39,818 nt of DNA from assembly GCA_029212425.1 (NCBI GenBank), contig JARGNC010000003.1:1-39818 (forward strand), written 5' to 3'. The stretch is from Phycisphaerales bacterium. Its GTDB lineage: Bacteria > Planctomycetota > Phycisphaerae > Phycisphaerales > UBA1924. Positions 27,846-36,896 of the stretch are shown piece by piece. The translations under genes were made by a program, and so were the position numbers. The notes under the pieces were generated by a model, which made no database searches, had not been told where the DNA came from, and saw nothing but the letters and a program-made list of their open reading frames with translations. The number at the start of each line of letters is the position of its first letter. Position 1 is the first letter of the stretch.

Positions 27846-27963
27846 CTCAGCGCCCCATTGTCATTGCCAAACTGTAGATATAATGTTTTGTCGGATGACC
27901 TGTTGTCCGAAGCAGGATCTGTCCCATTCACCAGATCCTGACAACACGCAAGGGAATCTGTGC

Positions 27964-28749
27964 ATGGCGCATTCTGCATCTACATCCCCGCCGCCAGTTG
28001 AGGCAGCAGTATCTCCCCGACTCTCGATCATCACGGTTTGCAAAAACGCAGAATCTGTCATCGGCTCCACAATCACAAGCGTGATGGAACAGAGTTCCTC
28101 AAGTATCCAGTTTCTCATCCTTGATGGTGCATCCACAGATGAAACCACGAGTGTCATTCGACAGCTCGGCAAAGATTCCATCGAGCTCATCTCTGAACCA
28201 GACAACGGCATCTACCACGCGATGAACAAAGGAATTCAGCACGCGAGTGGAGAGTTCCTGCTCTTCTTAAACGCGGGAGATACCCTGCTCCACACGCAGA
28301 CTGTCGAATCCTTGCTGCGTGCTATTGATCGCGCTCCATATGCTGATGTGTACCACGCCGCGGTCGTGTGGTTTGATCCCAGAACAGGACGATCGCGATA
28401 CAAACCAGCCCTCCGTGATTCAAACACCAATCTCTTCCGAGGTTCATTGAACCACCAAGCGATGTTCATCCGGAGAGAGCTGTTTGAGCGATTCGGAGCG
28501 TACGACGAGAGCTTCCGATTAGCCGGGGATTATGAATGGGTTCTTAGAGCGAAGCGGAAGCATCAATGTCGATTCGAGAGACTCAATGCGTGCAGTTCGG
28601 TGTTCCTTCTGGGTGGGCAATCCACAAGCGGAGAACACGATGAACTCATCCGTTCTGAATGCAAGCGTTCCCGCGACATGTACTACGGATCATGGGACAA
28701 GATAAAATATCGCATTTTGATCCGAGTACGGAAGATCCTCGGCATCTGA
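27964..28749 (+). CDS. Glycosyltransferase family 2
   Basis: From ATG 27964: LSIITVCKNAESVI...FLILDGASTDET...DNGIYHAMNKG...FLNAGD (GT-A fold with DxD-like motifs). The track's upstream start at 27835 overlaps the recQ end and encodes a Cys/His-rich junk-like extension. Confidence 0.8.
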   Translation: MAHSASTSPPPVEAAVSPRLSIITVCKNAESVIGSTITSVMEQSSSSIQFLILDGASTDETTSVIRQLGKDSIELISEPDNGIYHAMNKGIQHASGEFLLFLNAGDTLLHTQTVESLLRAIDRAPYADVYHAAVVWFDPRTGRSRYKPALRDSNTNLFRGSLNHQAMFIRRELFERFGAYDESFRLAGDYEWVLRAKRKHQCRFERLNACSSVFLLGGQSTSGEHDELIRSECKRSRDMYYGSWDKIKYRILIRVRKILGI

Positions 28750-28814
28750 CCAGTCTCATCGCACGCACCGATCGATCTCTGGGACTACCATCACACTCAA
28801 TCGAAAGGAAAGCC

Positions 28815-29144
28815 ATGAGCCAAATCACCGAAATCATCATCGAGGATTCCGTCGTAGGCGACGGGATGGAATGCCCTAAGAACGCGACCGTCAATGTCCA
28901 CTACAAGGGCACACTCATGGATGGAACCGTCTTTGATTCCTCCTACGATCGCGGAGAATCCATCAACTTCCCGCTCAACAACCTCATCCAGGGATGGCAA
29001 GAAGGCATCCCAGGCATGAAAGTCGGCGGCAAGCGCAAGCTCACCATCCCCTACGCGAAGGCGTACGGCGAGTTCGGATCACCGCCTGCGATCCCAGCGA
29101 AAGCTGACCTGATCTTCGAGATCGAACTCCTCGGACTCAGCTGA
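28815..29144 (+). CDS. FKBP-type peptidyl-prolyl cis-trans isomerase
   Basis: 109 aa from ATG 28815 (RBS AAGGAAAG). VNVHYKGTLMDGTVFDSSYDRGESINFPLNNLIQGWQEGIPGMKVGGKRKLTIPYAKAYG...LIFEIELL is near-canonical FKBP. Confidence 0.9.
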   Translation: MSQITEIIIEDSVVGDGMECPKNATVNVHYKGTLMDGTVFDSSYDRGESINFPLNNLIQGWQEGIPGMKVGGKRKLTIPYAKAYGEFGSPPAIPAKADLIFEIELLGLS

Positions 29145-29160
29145 TTCAATCAGACAACCG

Positions 29161-30003
29161 ATGACCCTACCAACCGTTTCGATTGTGGTCCCGTCGTTTC
29201 AACAGGCGCGATTCCTCGACGAAGCGTTGGGTTCGCTGTTGCAACAACGAGATCAAATCCATGAACTCATCGTCATGGATGGTGGCTCAACCGATGGTTC
29301 AAAGGAAATCATCGAGCAACATCAATCTGCATTCACACACTGGCAATCTGAGAAAGACGATGGACAAGCCGGCGCGATCATCAATGGATTCGAGCGTGCA
29401 AGCGGGGACATCCTCGCGTGGGTGAACTCCGATGATGCGTTGCTTCCAGGAGCAGTCCGCTCGATGCGTGAAGCGTTCGCTTCAAATCCACAATCCGGAA
29501 TGATCGAGGGCAACACCGTCATCATCGACCAGGATTCAATGGTCATCCGTTGCGACCGCCGAGCTGGACCATCGCACACCTGGGCGCGGTTTGGGTACAT
29601 GCGTGTCCACCAACCCAGCACTTTCTTCCGCCGATCACTCTATGAACAAGTTGGAGGCATCGACCGCTCGATGCACTGCACGATGGACACCGATCTCTGG
29701 TACAAGATGCTACCGACCGCGAACGCCCTTCGGCTCAACCGGTACATCGGGGTCCACCGAATCCACACCGACGCGAAGGGCGAGAACGAAGCGTGGAAAG
29801 CAAAGTACGCCGAAGAACGCATGATCCTTGACGAACGCTACCCCCACTACCGGAACAACCCGATCCATCACCAGCTCGGACGCATCGCGTACTACACCAC
29901 TCAGTTTTTCAATGGTCGAGCATCCAACGCGAAGCGCGATACCAAATCGATGACTGAAAGGACACTTGCTGAGTCCGTCGATCTCAATCTACTCGATCGA
30001 TGA
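29161..30003 (+). CDS. Glycosyltransferase family 2
   Basis: 280 aa: VSIVVPSFQQARFLDEAL.SLL.Q...LIVMDGGSTDGS...DDGQAGAIN.G...WVNSDD. It is a paralogue-like relative of the GT2 at 27964. Confidence 0.8.
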   Translation: MTLPTVSIVVPSFQQARFLDEALGSLLQQRDQIHELIVMDGGSTDGSKEIIEQHQSAFTHWQSEKDDGQAGAIINGFERASGDILAWVNSDDALLPGAVRSMREAFASNPQSGMIEGNTVIIDQDSMVIRCDRRAGPSHTWARFGYMRVHQPSTFFRRSLYEQVGGIDRSMHCTMDTDLWYKMLPTANALRLNRYIGVHRIHTDAKGENEAWKAKYAEERMILDERYPHYRNNPIHHQLGRIAYYTTQFFNGRASNAKRDTKSMTERTLAESVDLNLLDR

Positions 30004-30006
30004 GCT

Positions 30007-30879
30007 TTACTGTGCTTTGAGCACAAAGAGCATGTGATCCTTCGCTGGGAGCCAACCGGGTGAGGATTGGTTCTTGTGCAATCCCATGCGCATCCCCAAG
30101 CCCCAAATCAAACCCCGGACCGCATCGCGGACTCCGCGCGTCAACTTGTACCGCGCGTGACTCGATCGTTCATAATGCACCACATCCATGTTGTGTCTTT
30201 GAGCAAGCTGATCAACTGTGCCGCGTTCAAAGAACACCTGATGCTCAGGGAGTGAGCAGTACCAATAGCGAGCGCCATGCCATTTCCATGATGGCGAACC
30301 AGCATCCCCAGTGAGTCCGACGAAAATGCCGTTGGGATTGAGCATTGATCGAGTTCTCTCAATAAACGAATCCGGATCGTGCAGGTGCTCAAGCACATCA
30401 ATCGCGAGGATCACATCAAAGCGTTTCTCTGTGGTGCAATCATCGAGCATCGGTGCGATGATCTCCACCCCACGCTCTTGCGCATGTCTCGCAGCTTCTT
30501 CACCCGGTTCGATCCCGAACCGCTCCCACGATTGCCCCATGTATCCGAGCAACGCCCCGTTCGAGCAACCAATATCCAGAACCATCGGCCCCTCTGCATG
30601 TGAATTGATGACACGCTCGATGTCATCGAACCGCCGCTTATGAGGGTCCGGCGTTTCCTCCCAGTGATCCCCCGATGCTTTCTCGTAGCACTCGATCAAG
30701 TCTCGCTCAGGAATACAAGGCACCTTCACTTGCAGTCTGCATTGAGGACAACGGCGCATCGTGAACTGCGTATCACCCAGATCGATCTCGACCCCCGCGA
30801 CCTCTGGTGGGCTGTTGTGCACAACCCTGCCGCAGAATTGAGTCTCAACTTTGCAGATTGGACAGACCGTTGAACTCAC
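30007..30879 (-). CDS. Class I SAM-dependent methyltransferase with N-terminal Cys4 zinc-ribbon-like segment
   Basis: 290 aa. CPICK...C and CPQC pairs sit at the N-terminus. SAM motif I is VLDIGCSNGALLGYM. Motif II-like is DVILAIDVLEHL. Confidence 0.75.
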   Translation of the reverse strand: MSSTVCPICKVETQFCGRVVHNSPPEVAGVEIDLGDTQFTMRRCPQCRLQVKVPCIPERDLIECYEKASGDHWEETPDPHKRRFDDIERVINSHAEGPMVLDIGCSNGALLGYMGQSWERFGIEPGEEAARHAQERGVEIIAPMLDDCTTEKRFDVILAIDVLEHLHDPDSFIERTRSMLNPNGIFVGLTGDAGSPSWKWHGARYWYCSLPEHQVFFERGTVDQLAQRHNMDVVHYERSSHARYKLTRGVRDAVRGLIWGLGMRMGLHKNQSSPGWLPAKDHMLFVLKAQ

Positions 30880-31715
30880 TGCTGGATCGTCTCGTCGATC
30901 ATCGAATCAAAGGCGCGTGTATTGAGGTTCACCGTATCCTGAGGTCCCCACATCTTGATCACGATCCGGGATTCACCAAGATCAAAGATTGCCGCGTGCA
31001 TCGCGTAAAAGATCTGCTCATTCGTCCCGCCCTTGGCGCCTGGATCAAGATAGGTTCCATCGAGATCGACAATCTGGACCGGGAATCCCGCGATGGACTT
31101 GTCATCCGTCTTTGCACGCGAGCGTCCGCCCATCGAATCGACAAACTGGCTTTGCATGATCCGCACGATATCACGCACACTGCCGGTTTCTTTGGTAAAC
31201 GAAACCGATGCGTTCCCCAGCGTGTTCTTGATGTACATCTCCGCGAACTGACCACGAGGCGGGACCGCCATCGACCATCCCTCAGGCATCTCCCAGCGGA
31301 GACCGGAACTCGAAGCGTACTCTTCGTCGCTCAAGGTGTACGCGAGCCCATCACTCGGACTGGTGCCGCCTTGGATTTGGTCGCGGAGGTCGCTCGCTTT
31401 ATCCCGTGAGCGTCCGAGCAGCGATTGAGAATCTCGTTCCCGCTCCCACTCGCGCTCTTCATCACCATTCGGCTCTCCAGCATCGACGAGTTCCGCGCCG
31501 TCCCGCTCAGCTTTATGATCCGCTGACCCCTCTTCAGACTGATCCATCTGGATGCCTTGCTTCGCAGCAAGTTCATCAAGGTAACTCGTGTCCGCAGTCG
31601 GTTCGCTTGTTGCAGCATCAGTCGCTTTGGTGTCAGGTGCTTTGGAACAACCGACAAGCAAACCAGAGCACAAAACCACAGCAGACGCGATAGAGATAGA
31701 GGTGTTCATAGACAA
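30876..31715 (-). CDS. Hypothetical lipoprotein
   Basis: 279 aa. The signal plus lipobox reads ASAVVLCSGLLVGCS. An acidic linker precedes a C-terminal globular part. There is a 4-nt stop/start overlap with the downstream methyltransferase. Confidence 0.55.
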   Translation of the reverse strand: MSMNTSISIASAVVLCSGLLVGCSKAPDTKATDAATSEPTADTSYLDELAAKQGIQMDQSEEGSADHKAERDGAELVDAGEPNGDEEREWERERDSQSLLGRSRDKASDLRDQIQGGTSPSDGLAYTLSDEEYASSSGLRWEMPEGWSMAVPPRGQFAEMYIKNTLGNASVSFTKETGSVRDIVRIMQSQFVDSMGGRSRAKTDDKSIAGFPVQIVDLDGTYLDPGAKGGTNEQIFYAMHAAIFDLGESRIVIKMWGPQDTVNLNTRAFDSMIDETIQQ

Positions 31716-31756
31716 GTGTAGGAAGTAGCCCCGATGGGATTCCGAGATGACCGGAA

Positions 31757-32170
31757 TCAGGATTCCCAGATGTTCCCAGTGATGAGCTCAATCGAGTTCC
31801 CGTACGGATCGCGGACATAGATCGACCGCCCCTTCGCAAAGCCCTCCTCCTGCTCCCAATCGATCTCCTGCTCGATCCCGATCCCGAACGAGCTCATCCG
31901 CTTTTTCCAGTTGTCATAGTCAGATTCCTCGATTCGCAACGCGATATGCCCCGCCCCGCGTGGTCCATGGCTCGGGACATCCCTCCCAGGTTTGTCGGAT
32001 TCCTGCGGATTAAACACCAGCAGTACATGATTCCCATCGATCCGAAAGTAGGTCATCAGGTCCGAAGCACCCCCCGGCTTCTCCAATCCAAGCACTTCAT
32101 GATAAAACCACACCGCTTGCTCAATATCCGACGCATAGAGGACCGTTTCTAAAATGGAATGGGGTTTCAT
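31757..32170 (-). CDS. VOC (glyoxalase/bleomycin resistance/extradiol dioxygenase) family protein
   Basis: From the internal ATG at 32170: MKPHSILETVLYASDIEQAVWFYHEVLGL...GAGHIALRI...GRSIYVRDPYGNSIEL, the typical paired beta-alpha-beta-beta-beta motif sequence. Confidence 0.75.
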   Translation of the reverse strand: MKPHSILETVLYASDIEQAVWFYHEVLGLEKPGGASDLMTYFRIDGNHVLLVFNPQESDKPGRDVPSHGPRGAGHIALRIEESDYDNWKKRMSSFGIGIEQEIDWEQEEGFAKGRSIYVRDPYGNSIELITGNIWES

Positions 32171-32257
32171 ACCCAAGCATAGTCGACCACAGCAGAATAT
32201 CAGGATACTATTTGCCAGCAATTATGCCTGCCTGACAATAAACACAAGGACTCTCCC

Positions 32258-32749
32258 ATGCCCGTTGCTGATAAATCAAAGTGGTCTCCGAAGACCTTCC
32301 ATTCGATTGACGAGCTTTCCGCAGAACTGGATCGGATCGAAGCTGCACATCAGTCCGGGACGCTTTCCACTGCCGGAGGATGGACCCCAGGACAGTGCAT
32401 GAGCCACACCGCGGTGTTTATTCAAAGCTCATACGACGGCTTCGAGCTCGGCGCTCCATGGATCCTGCGTGCTGTGTGCTCACTCTTGCTCAAGCCGATC
32501 GCAACGAAACCCAAGTCGCAGATGAAGCCGGGCATCAAACTCCCTGCGAAGGCAAAGGAACTCCTCCCAGAAGACGCGGTCAGCGTCGAGGAAGGCATCG
32601 CACAGATGCGTACCCAGATCGCTCGGATCAAGTCAGGTGAGCAGATGACCCAGGTCAGCCCGCTCCTTGGAAAGATGAGCCATGAGCAATGGGTAAACCT
32701 GCACCTCAACCACTGCAGGATGCACTTAGGTTTTTTCAGTTACGAGTAA
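32258..32749 (+). CDS. DinB-superfamily (DUF1569-like) protein
   Basis: 163 aa. It has a four-helix-bundle-like pattern with conserved His positions (GQCMSHTA..., ...WVNLHLNHCRMHLGF). The family call is from memory of DUF1569 C-termini. Confidence 0.55.
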   Translation: MPVADKSKWSPKTFHSIDELSAELDRIEAAHQSGTLSTAGGWTPGQCMSHTAVFIQSSYDGFELGAPWILRAVCSLLLKPIATKPKSQMKPGIKLPAKAKELLPEDAVSVEEGIAQMRTQIARIKSGEQMTQVSPLLGKMSHEQWVNLHLNHCRMHLGFFSYE

Positions 32750-32769
32750 TCCCGATCAGCGAGATCAGA

Positions 32770-33510
32770 TCAGCACATGGTCATCCCACCATCAATCGCG
32801 ATGGTTTGGCCTGTCATGAACTTGGATTCGTCGCTCGTCGCGTACGCAACAGCTGCGGCAACATCTTCCGGCTGACCTAGATCACGCGTTGAGATCACGC
32901 CTTTGATGTGCTCAGTGACCGCCGCAGGGAGATCCTTGGTCATGTCGGTCTCGATGAACCCCGGCGCGATGCAGTTGGCGGTGATGTTCTTCTTCCCAAG
33001 CTCGCGAGCGATGGTCTTGGTGAATCCGGTCAAGCCGGACTTTGCTGCTGCGTAGTTTGCCTGTCCCGAGTTCCCAACGAGTCCCGATGTCGAAGCGATG
33101 TTGCAGATGCGACCGAACTTCCCCTTCATCATCGGACGCGCCGCCGCTCGGCACGCAACGAACACACTCTTGAGATTCGTGTTGATCACATCGTCCCACT
33201 CTTCGTCGCTCATCCGCAAGATCAGATTGTCCTTGGTGATCCCCGCGTTGTTGACAAGGATGTCCAATCGACCATGCTCGGATGCGACGCCTTCGACCAT
33301 CTCCGCGACTGCGGTAAAGTCCGACATGTCGCAGGTCTTGACGCTCGCGCTGCCCCCGGCAGCTTTGATCTCTTGAGCGAGCTCATCGAGCGGCCCCTGC
33401 GAGCGCGACACGCACACCACATGGCGGCCGTCGGCGGCAAGACGCGTCGCGATCGCGCGTCCGATCCCTCGTGATGCTCCGGTGACAATAGCGACTCGTT
33501 GATCGGTCAT
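32770..33510 (-). CDS. fabG: 3-oxoacyl-ACP reductase
   Basis: 246 aa from ATG 33510: VAIVTGASRGIGRAIA, NNAGIT, the catalytic YAAAKSG, IAPGFIETDMT, and the end GQTIAIDGGMTM. Confidence 0.9.
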   Translation of the reverse strand: MTDQRVAIVTGASRGIGRAIATRLAADGRHVVCVSRSQGPLDELAQEIKAAGGSASVKTCDMSDFTAVAEMVEGVASEHGRLDILVNNAGITKDNLILRMSDEEWDDVINTNLKSVFVACRAAARPMMKGKFGRICNIASTSGLVGNSGQANYAAAKSGLTGFTKTIARELGKKNITANCIAPGFIETDMTKDLPAAVTEHIKGVISTRDLGQPEDVAAAVAYATSDESKFMTGQTIAIDGGMTMC

Positions 33511-33842
33511 GTTTGATTCTTTCTGTTTTGAGATTCTTTGGCTATCCACCAGCCGTACTGATCGTATTCGGTCGGGATGTCGTCTTCCCATGGGTCAAGG
33601 CCATTTGACTCCATAGTCTCAAACCAAAGGTCTCGTTTGGAATCGGGTAACTGTGTTCCACAAAATGGGCAGTATGAGATTGTGATAGAGGAAGTTCCAC
33701 CGTCATGAATGATTATGCCGTATTCATCGAACTTACCTGAATACTTCAGAATTGCGTCCGGGCACGCAAAGATGTCTTTGTGCACATTGCACTTGAACTC
33801 AAGATGATGCCGTAGGGCATCACAACAATGCGTAGGCCCCAT
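33507..33842 (-). CDS. Small Cys-rich hypothetical protein (about 111 aa) inserted between fabD and fabG
   Basis: The product is MGPTHCCDALRHHLEFKCNVHKDIFACPDAILKYSGKFDEYGIIIHDGGTSSITISYCPFCGTQLPDSKRDLWFETME.... Its ATG shares one base with the fabD TGA (TGATG). Its TGA overlaps the fabG ATG (ATGA). The ORF is visibly more AT-rich than its flanks. Confidence 0.6.
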   Translation of the reverse strand: MGPTHCCDALRHHLEFKCNVHKDIFACPDAILKYSGKFDEYGIIIHDGGTSSITISYCPFCGTQLPDSKRDLWFETMESNGLDPWEDDIPTEYDQYGWWIAKESQNRKNQT

Positions 33843-34789
33843 CACAATTCCTTCGCAGCCTCGGGTTCGTTGTGTGCTTGGACCTTGGTCCCTTTGCTGA
33901 TCCGGCGCATCATGCCGCCGAGTGTCTTGCCAGGAGCGAGTTCATGGAACTGTGCTTCGGTGTTGTGCTCGACAAGGTACTCGCAGCACGCAGCCCACCG
34001 GACTGGGGATGTCAACTGATCGACCAAACGCTGACGGATCGAGTCAGAACTTTGCTCGTGTGGTTGAGCTGTTACATTGGACATCACAGTGCATGACGGC
34101 GCATGAATCTGTGTTGCCGCGAGTGCTTCAGCAAGTTGATCTGCAGCGGGTTTCATGAACGGCGAGTGGAATGCTCCAGCAACACTCAACCGCGTTGCGC
34201 GGAGTTTCATCTCTCCTGCAACAGTCTCCGCACGATCGCATGCTGCGGATGAACCAGAGATCACAACCTGTCCCGGAGCGTTGAAGTTCGCTGCGACAAG
34301 CACATCGTCACCACGCGCTGCATCGCACACCGCGTTCGCGCTCTCTTCATCCGCGCCGATCAACGCGACCATCGAAGAATCCGCCGCTTCCGCGGCTTCC
34401 TGCATCGCTTTCCCACGCAGCGCGACGAGCTTGAGACCATCAGCAAAGCTGAACGCATCCGCGAGATGCAGCGCGGTGTACTCTCCGAGCGAAAGTCCCG
34501 CGGTCGCGGCAACATTGAGTTCGCGCTTGGTGAGGTTCTCACCATCGAGCCAACCCGCGAAACACGCGATCGATGCAGTGTAGATCGCAGGCTGGGAAAC
34601 ATCTGTTCGATTCAGCGTGTCCGCTGGTCCCTCGAAACACAGCGTCGAGAGTGGTGCGCCGAGTGAATCCCCAAGCAACTCATCCGCTTGCTGAAAGATC
34701 GCACGAGCCGCTTCCGAGGACTCGCTCCAGAGCTTTCCCATCCCGATGATTTGTGCACCCTGTCCGGGACAAAGAATGATGTTGTTCAT
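33842..34789 (-). CDS. fabD: Malonyl-CoA:ACP transacylase
   Basis: 315 aa: ILCPGQGAQIIGMG, the active-site GLSLGEYTAL (GxSxG), then VAGAFHSPFM. Confidence 0.9.
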   Translation of the reverse strand: MNNIILCPGQGAQIIGMGKLWSESSEAARAIFQQADELLGDSLGAPLSTLCFEGPADTLNRTDVSQPAIYTASIACFAGWLDGENLTKRELNVAATAGLSLGEYTALHLADAFSFADGLKLVALRGKAMQEAAEAADSSMVALIGADEESANAVCDAARGDDVLVAANFNAPGQVVISGSSAACDRAETVAGEMKLRATRLSVAGAFHSPFMKPAADQLAEALAATQIHAPSCTVMSNVTAQPHEQSSDSIRQRLVDQLTSPVRWAACCEYLVEHNTEAQFHELAPGKTLGGMMRRISKGTKVQAHNEPEAAKEL

Positions 34790-34821
34790 CGAAGTACCCT
34801 CCGCGAATATGGATCAAGAGA

Positions 34822-35838
34822 TCAGAGCTGCCAGAGCGATGAGCCCCAGGTCAATCCCGCACCAAACGCGAGGAACATAACCTTCTGTCCGGGTTGAACT
34901 TTCCCGTCAGCGACCAACTCATGGAAGACAATCGGGATTGAACCCCCGACTGTGTTGCCGTATTTTTGAATATTGACGAGCAGCTTCTCGGAAGGAATCC
35001 CGAACCGCTCTCTTGCAGAATCAAGAATCCGAGAGTTTGCTTGATGACACACAAAGTGATCGATGTCGTCTGCGCTCAGCCCGGATTCCTCGAGCGTCTC
35101 GGAGATCACCTCTTGGAACTTGGTCACCGCAAACTTGAACACGGCTTGTCCATTCATCTGGACTTTATCGAGCTTCCGCTCGTCGAACTCCGCTTCTTCA
35201 GGGAAATCGATCTCGCACGAAGGGATGAAGAGGTGCTTGGCGCCGTTGCCGTCCGCGTGCATCTTGTGGGAGATCATTCCCTTGCTCGAATCATCCGTCG
35301 CTCGGAGCACCATCGCGCCAGCGCCGTCTCCGAACAGAATCGCGGCACCGCGACCAAAGTTTGAATAATCAATATGCCGCGTGATGCAGTCAGCACCGAT
35401 CACACCGATCGTCTTATAGGTCCCCGACTTGATCATCGCGTCTGCCATCGACACGGTGTAGAGGAATCCGGAGCACGCAGCATTGATGTCCATCGCACCA
35501 ATATCCCTGCACCCAACCTCGCGAGCAACCACACAACCAACAGAAGGCGTTGGCGAATCGCATGTCATCGTCGCAACAAGCAACAGGTCCAACTCTGTCG
35601 CATCCACCTTTGCGTTCGCGAGCGCTTTGCGCATCGCTTCGGTCGCGAGCACACTGGTGGTTTCACCATTGGCAATATCCGCTCTACGGCGAGTATTGAT
35701 ACCAGTCCGCTTGACGATCCATTCGTCAGAGGTATCCATCATGCCTTCGAGATCTTTGTTGGTCAGCGTGCCCTCCGGGAGGTGGAGTGCTGAACCAATG
35801 ATTTCTACGCCGATCCCACCACCGGATTGATCACTCAT
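34822..35838 (-). CDS. fabH: 3-oxoacyl-ACP synthase III
   Basis: 338 aa: TSDEWIVKRTGI, the active-site Cys in INAACSGFLY, HQAN, GNTVGGSIP and the C-terminal GAGLTWG. Confidence 0.9.
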   Translation of the reverse strand: MSDQSGGGIGVEIIGSALHLPEGTLTNKDLEGMMDTSDEWIVKRTGINTRRRADIANGETTSVLATEAMRKALANAKVDATELDLLLVATMTCDSPTPSVGCVVAREVGCRDIGAMDINAACSGFLYTVSMADAMIKSGTYKTIGVIGADCITRHIDYSNFGRGAAILFGDGAGAMVLRATDDSSKGMISHKMHADGNGAKHLFIPSCEIDFPEEAEFDERKLDKVQMNGQAVFKFAVTKFQEVISETLEESGLSADDIDHFVCHQANSRILDSARERFGIPSEKLLVNIQKYGNTVGGSIPIVFHELVADGKVQPGQKVMFLAFGAGLTWGSSLWQL

Positions 35839-36869
35839 GCGAGTTCACCTTGCATTGCACTTTCCGCTTGGGCCAATCGTTCGACGATCGCATCGTTGAT
35901 ATGCCCATTCACATATTCGATGGTCTTCGCAATCGCATTCTTGATTGTGCGAGACTCCGAAGATCCGTGCGCGATCATCATGACGCCGTTGACACCCAAG
36001 AGCGGCGCCCCTCCGTGCTCGTGGTAGTCATTCTTCGCATAGATGCTTTTGACCACTGGCTCAAACTTGACCGCAAGCGCGGGGTCTTGTTGATAGATTT
36101 CTGTTGCGATCGCTTGGAACAAGCTCTTTGCCATGCCCTCTGCCATCTTGAGCAGTGTGTTCCCGAGGAACCCATCGGTGACAATGACATCCGCTTTGCC
36201 TGCGAAGAAGTCGCGTCCCTCAACAAACCCAACGAAGTTGATGCCAGGCGTGTTTCGGAGCAACTCCGCGGCCCCCTTCGCAAGACCAGACCCCTTTGAT
36301 TCTTCCGAACCAATGTTCATCACACCAACGCGAGGACTTTCAACCCCATGAATCCGCTTCGCGTAGACCTCAGCCATCAAGCCATATTGCCAGAGGTGGG
36401 TCGAGCGTGGTTCTGGGTTCGCGCCTGCATCGCACAGAGTCACAGGACCATGAAATGATGGAATGGTGACCGCGATCCCAGGACGATGCACGCCGGGAAG
36501 TCGACGCATGTTCATCTGTCCCGCCGCGACGCATGCGCCGGTATTCCCAGCTGAGATCACCGCATCACACCGGACCTCGGCTTTCTTGGAACCGAGCACC
36601 GACATGCGGACGATCGTGGAATCTTTTTTATTGCGAACCGCATCCATAGGAGATGCGTCCATCGCGATCACTTCGCTGCAATGCTCGATGACCAATCGAT
36701 CATCGTTGACACCTTCTGCTTTGAGAAATGCGCTGATGACGGATTCTGGACCGATGAGCACGAGGGTGTCATCACTCGCCAGATTCGGAAGTGCTTCGAT
36801 GCAGCCGCGCAAGATAGCGTCCGGCGCATCATCCCCACCCATGACATCAATTCCTACTCGGACCGCCAC
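35835..36869 (-). CDS. plsX: Phosphate acyltransferase PlsX
   Basis: 344 aa: VGIDVMGGDDAP, ISAGNTGA, VMNIGSEE.KG, GFVEGRD and HGSS motifs. There is a 4-nt overlap with the fabH start. Confidence 0.9.
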   Translation of the reverse strand: MAVRVGIDVMGGDDAPDAILRGCIEALPNLASDDTLVLIGPESVISAFLKAEGVNDDRLVIEHCSEVIAMDASPMDAVRNKKDSTIVRMSVLGSKKAEVRCDAVISAGNTGACVAAGQMNMRRLPGVHRPGIAVTIPSFHGPVTLCDAGANPEPRSTHLWQYGLMAEVYAKRIHGVESPRVGVMNIGSEESKGSGLAKGAAELLRNTPGINFVGFVEGRDFFAGKADVIVTDGFLGNTLLKMAEGMAKSLFQAIATEIYQQDPALAVKFEPVVKSIYAKNDYHEHGGAPLLGVNGVMMIAHGSSESRTIKNAIAKTIEYVNGHINDAIVERLAQAESAMQGELA

Positions 36870-36896
36870 GGTTCACCTCTTGTCTGAAGAATCAAT

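Noticed and set aside
28659-28814. An upstream start for the FKBP gene that overlaps the end of the GT2 gene by 90 nt.
   Set aside because: FKBP homology begins at the ATG at 28815, which has an AAGGA RBS. The extension is non-homologous and overlaps a real CDS.
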